Below, in pieces: positions 61,176 through 64,000 of a stretch of DNA of 64,000 nt. A program made the position numbers and the translations under genes. Source of the stretch: Macrostomum hystrix (lineage: Eukaryota; Animalia; Platyhelminthes); assembly GCA_950097015.1 (NCBI GenBank), contig CATNEN010000034.1, positions 5,270,001 through 5,334,000 of the forward strand, written 5' to 3'. The notes under the pieces are model-generated. The model made no database searches. It was not told where the DNA came from and saw only the letters and a program-made list of their open reading frames with translations. Within the stretch, counting starts at the first letter, position 1. Each line of letters opens with the position of its first letter.

Positions 61176-61614
61176 ACTAGAGAGCTACCCACAAATATAT
61201 GCTAGAGTTCTGATCCTCTACAATATAATATATATGTATATTACTATCTCCTATATATATACATATTATGGACAGGCTTACTGATTCCTGACAGACAGAC
61301 AGACAGATCACAAAAATCTACTTAGTAACAGTAGTGTAGATTGCAGTAACATTTCAGAAAACTTTTTATTTCGAAACCAGCAACTGCGCTTGCAATACGA
61401 ACTGCATAAACATTGCGTTTACCAAACTCTTTAAGAGTTAGAATTTTCGCATTGATCGCTTAATTATAGTAGCAAATTAAGCAGGTGAGATGTCGATAAA
61501 GTTCAATTAATTTTGGGCAAACTCAAGGCTGTACAATTTTTACGCCTGCATACAAACAGTAGGTGATCAAAGTTACTTATGGATCAATGGAATAACAAGC
61601 GCGACTGAAATTTT

Positions 61615-61870
61615 CATCTATCTCACACTAGCACTCGCTGTCAATCTCACACTCTAGCACTCGCTGTCAATCTCACACTCTAGCACTCGCTGTCAATCTC
61701 ACACACTAGCACTCGCTGTCAATCTCACACTAGCACTCGCTGTCAATCTCACACTCTAGCACTCGCTGTCAATCTCACACACTAGCACTCGCTGTCAATC
61801 TCACACTCTAGCACTCGCTGTCAATCTCACACTCTAGCACTCGCTGTCAATCTCACACTAGCACTCGCTG
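61615..61870. repeat. 24/26-bp tandem repeat (TAGCACTCGCTGTCAATCTCACAC[TC/AC]), about 10 copies
   Basis: Direct repetition just downstream of the sFRP 3' end. Confidence 0.93.
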
Positions 61871-62007
61871 CTATGAAGTTCGAAATCTTAATGGATCTAA
61901 GATCTAAAATAAAAGATTTCCGAGCGATAAAACGGTCGCTAAGCAAGCAAAGAATGCAGCATTTTTGCACTCGAATTAGTCTTCAGTCTCAGCTCCAATA
62001 CCAGCCA

Positions 62008-63566
62008 TCAAGCCGCGGGTGGCGGGTCTTCCGTTCGTCGTCGATTTTTCTTTCGTTGGCCGCGGCCGCGGCCGCTGCCGCCGCCGCCTCCCTTGCGTCG
62101 ATTCCTCCTCGGACGGCCGGTGGCCGGTGACGAAGAGGCGGCGATGACACCGGCGCTCGACTGACCGTTGCTGGCTTTCAGGCCCAAAAGCCCCACCCCA
62201 CCGCGGCACAGGCCAGCGTCGCCGCCGCTGCTGCCCCTGCTTCTCTGTCGAACATCGCGCCTAATGCTGCGCAGGGCCCGCTGGAAAGCTGGTCGCCGGT
62301 TGTCCCATTCGGCAATAAATTTTACGTCGATGGACGCGCCGTCTGGCCCAACGGAGCCCATCACAATGTAACGCTTCCTGGGATTCGCGGCAGCTTCGTT
62401 GAGAAGCGGACAGCCGCCGTCTGGGGCGCAGTCGAGGCGCGCGCCGCCAGGCAGCTGTTTATTGCGTCGGCGTCCACCGCGATTCTGACGCCGCTCACGC
62501 CGCTCAAGCTGCTGTTGCTCTTCCTCTATCGTCGGCTGCATCAGCTGGCGAGGCCCCGAGAAGAATCGCAGGCGGCCCTTAAACTGGAGGCGGCGGTGAG
62601 TGGCCGCTTCAACGGTCGGTGCAGACGGAGATGCGTGTTCAAGGCGAGCCTTCACAACTGAATAGCGGGTTCAGAGCTGATCGTTAGAAAGGCGTTTTTG
62701 GAATGTGGATTAATTGCACAAAGGTTTAAGACTTTGAGGGCTGAAGGCCTGATGGTCGATACACAGGCACTCACCGATTTCGTTCATGCAGTAGCCACTG
62801 ACCAGCGACTCGTAGCTGGGCTCCCGAACGCAGGCCTGACACTCGGCTGTAAGCAAAAATGAAGAAAGCGGCGTGATTTTTTTGGGCTAAACTAATTGCC
62901 GAATTAGAAATTGTCTTCCGCTAATATTTCGGGACTCACCAGATTGAGAAGTCGCACCTGTCACTGCAACGGTAAAGGTTTCAGTTTTATTTAAAATAAA
63001 ATACGCGATTTAAAAAAAGTAAACGAAAATGGAAACCCACGCGTCACCGATCGCTTGATGCACATGAGATCGTCCTCAGGCGGAAATTGCGTACAATTGA
63101 GCATGTCGGGCCAGGCGAAGCCGAATTTGAGCATGATGGCCAGACAGGAGGACTGCACAGCTAAGCAGAGACTGCGACAGGGTTTGATGCTCCGCTCCGG
63201 TAGGCGTTGGATGCAAACTGGCGCGTAGATGGAGCACAGCAGGACCCGGATCTCGCGATGGCAGGCTGTCTTCACCAGCGGCATCCAGTGCTGAGCCTGG
63301 TCCTGGACCTCCTTGGCGCTCTCATGGTTCAGCATGTTGGGCAGACGCATCTCACTGTAGCCGATGCCGTAGCACATTTCCATTGTGCTGGGAATCGGCA
63401 CGCAGCGGTGATTGACGGTCCCGGCGGAATCCCACGCGGAGCCGAGCGGCGGCGACTCCGGCAGGTGCCACTCTGGTGGTCGCGATTCTGACGGAGACGC
63501 TTCGGCTGATGCGACGGTTGCTAGGCAACCAAACAAGGCGAAGGTGAACGAAGCAAGCGGTGGCAT
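62008..63566 (-). CDS. sFRP: Secreted frizzled-related protein (sFRP1/2/5-like), about 423 aa
   Basis: Exons 63566-63041, 62963-62940, 62846-62775, 62657-62008 (phase 1 throughout). Signal peptide, Frizzled CRD (CVPIP...MCYGIGYSEMRLPNMLNHES...CSIYAPVC...PCRSLC...CQFPP-like end) and an NTR domain (CQAC...YC...YIVMG...FIAEW); no TM helices. Confidence 0.9.
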
Positions 63567-64000
63567 CCTTCGCAGTCTCGTCCTGTTCTCGATCTGCCCG
63601 GCTACTCTTTCCCAGGGCCGATTTTTTGTTATTCTTCGAATTGCGCGGCCTTATTATCTTGCCAGGAGGAGGGGGAGAGCGGCGGCGGGGCGGGCCTGCA
63701 GATAGGAAGGCGAGCGACTAAAATTAATGGACGACCATAAGGCGAGGGCCAAGCGTTAGGATGGAGTATGATGATGCTGCGCCGTTTGATGCATAGCTGG
63801 GAGTGGCAAAGCAAGCCGGCTAGATCAAAGGCTCGGCTAGGAGGGTGGGAAGGGCCAGCCGCCTACCGAATGCCAACCAGATGGCCTGCCGTTGTCTGCT
63901 GCTTTCTAGGAAACGAGGCGCGCTCGATCATGTGTTAGCGAAGCGGAAATCTTCAATCCAAATTATTTTTATTATTCATCCCATCGGAGCTCGTGCGCTT

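Overview
Eukaryotic (animal) genomic DNA with GC-rich, poly-Q/poly-A-rich exons and AT-rich introns. About 20% of the window is long minisatellite arrays. This architecture and gene set resemble a free-living flatworm such as Macrostomum (inference, not verified). Genes were assembled by hand with phase-consistent GT-AG introns: a partial transcription-regulator-like exon at the left edge (-), liprin-alpha (-; 11 exons plus a candidate cassette exon), a CenH3/CENP-A-like histone variant (-), EF1-gamma (+), an alpha1-adrenergic-like GPCR (+; 8.2 kb intron), a 14-exon ADAM metalloprotease (-) and an sFRP1/2/5-like gene (-). The ADAM ends in a GPI-signal-like tail rather than a TM plus cytoplasmic tail. 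Mobile DNA comprises a full-length but inactivated IS630/Tc1-type transposon with 167-bp TIRs, two foldback/MITE elements and two tRNA-derived SINE families, several copies with target-site duplications. Most long ORFs in the supplied track are artefacts of tandem repeats or antisense frames. No CRISPR array, rRNA or true tRNA gene was seen.
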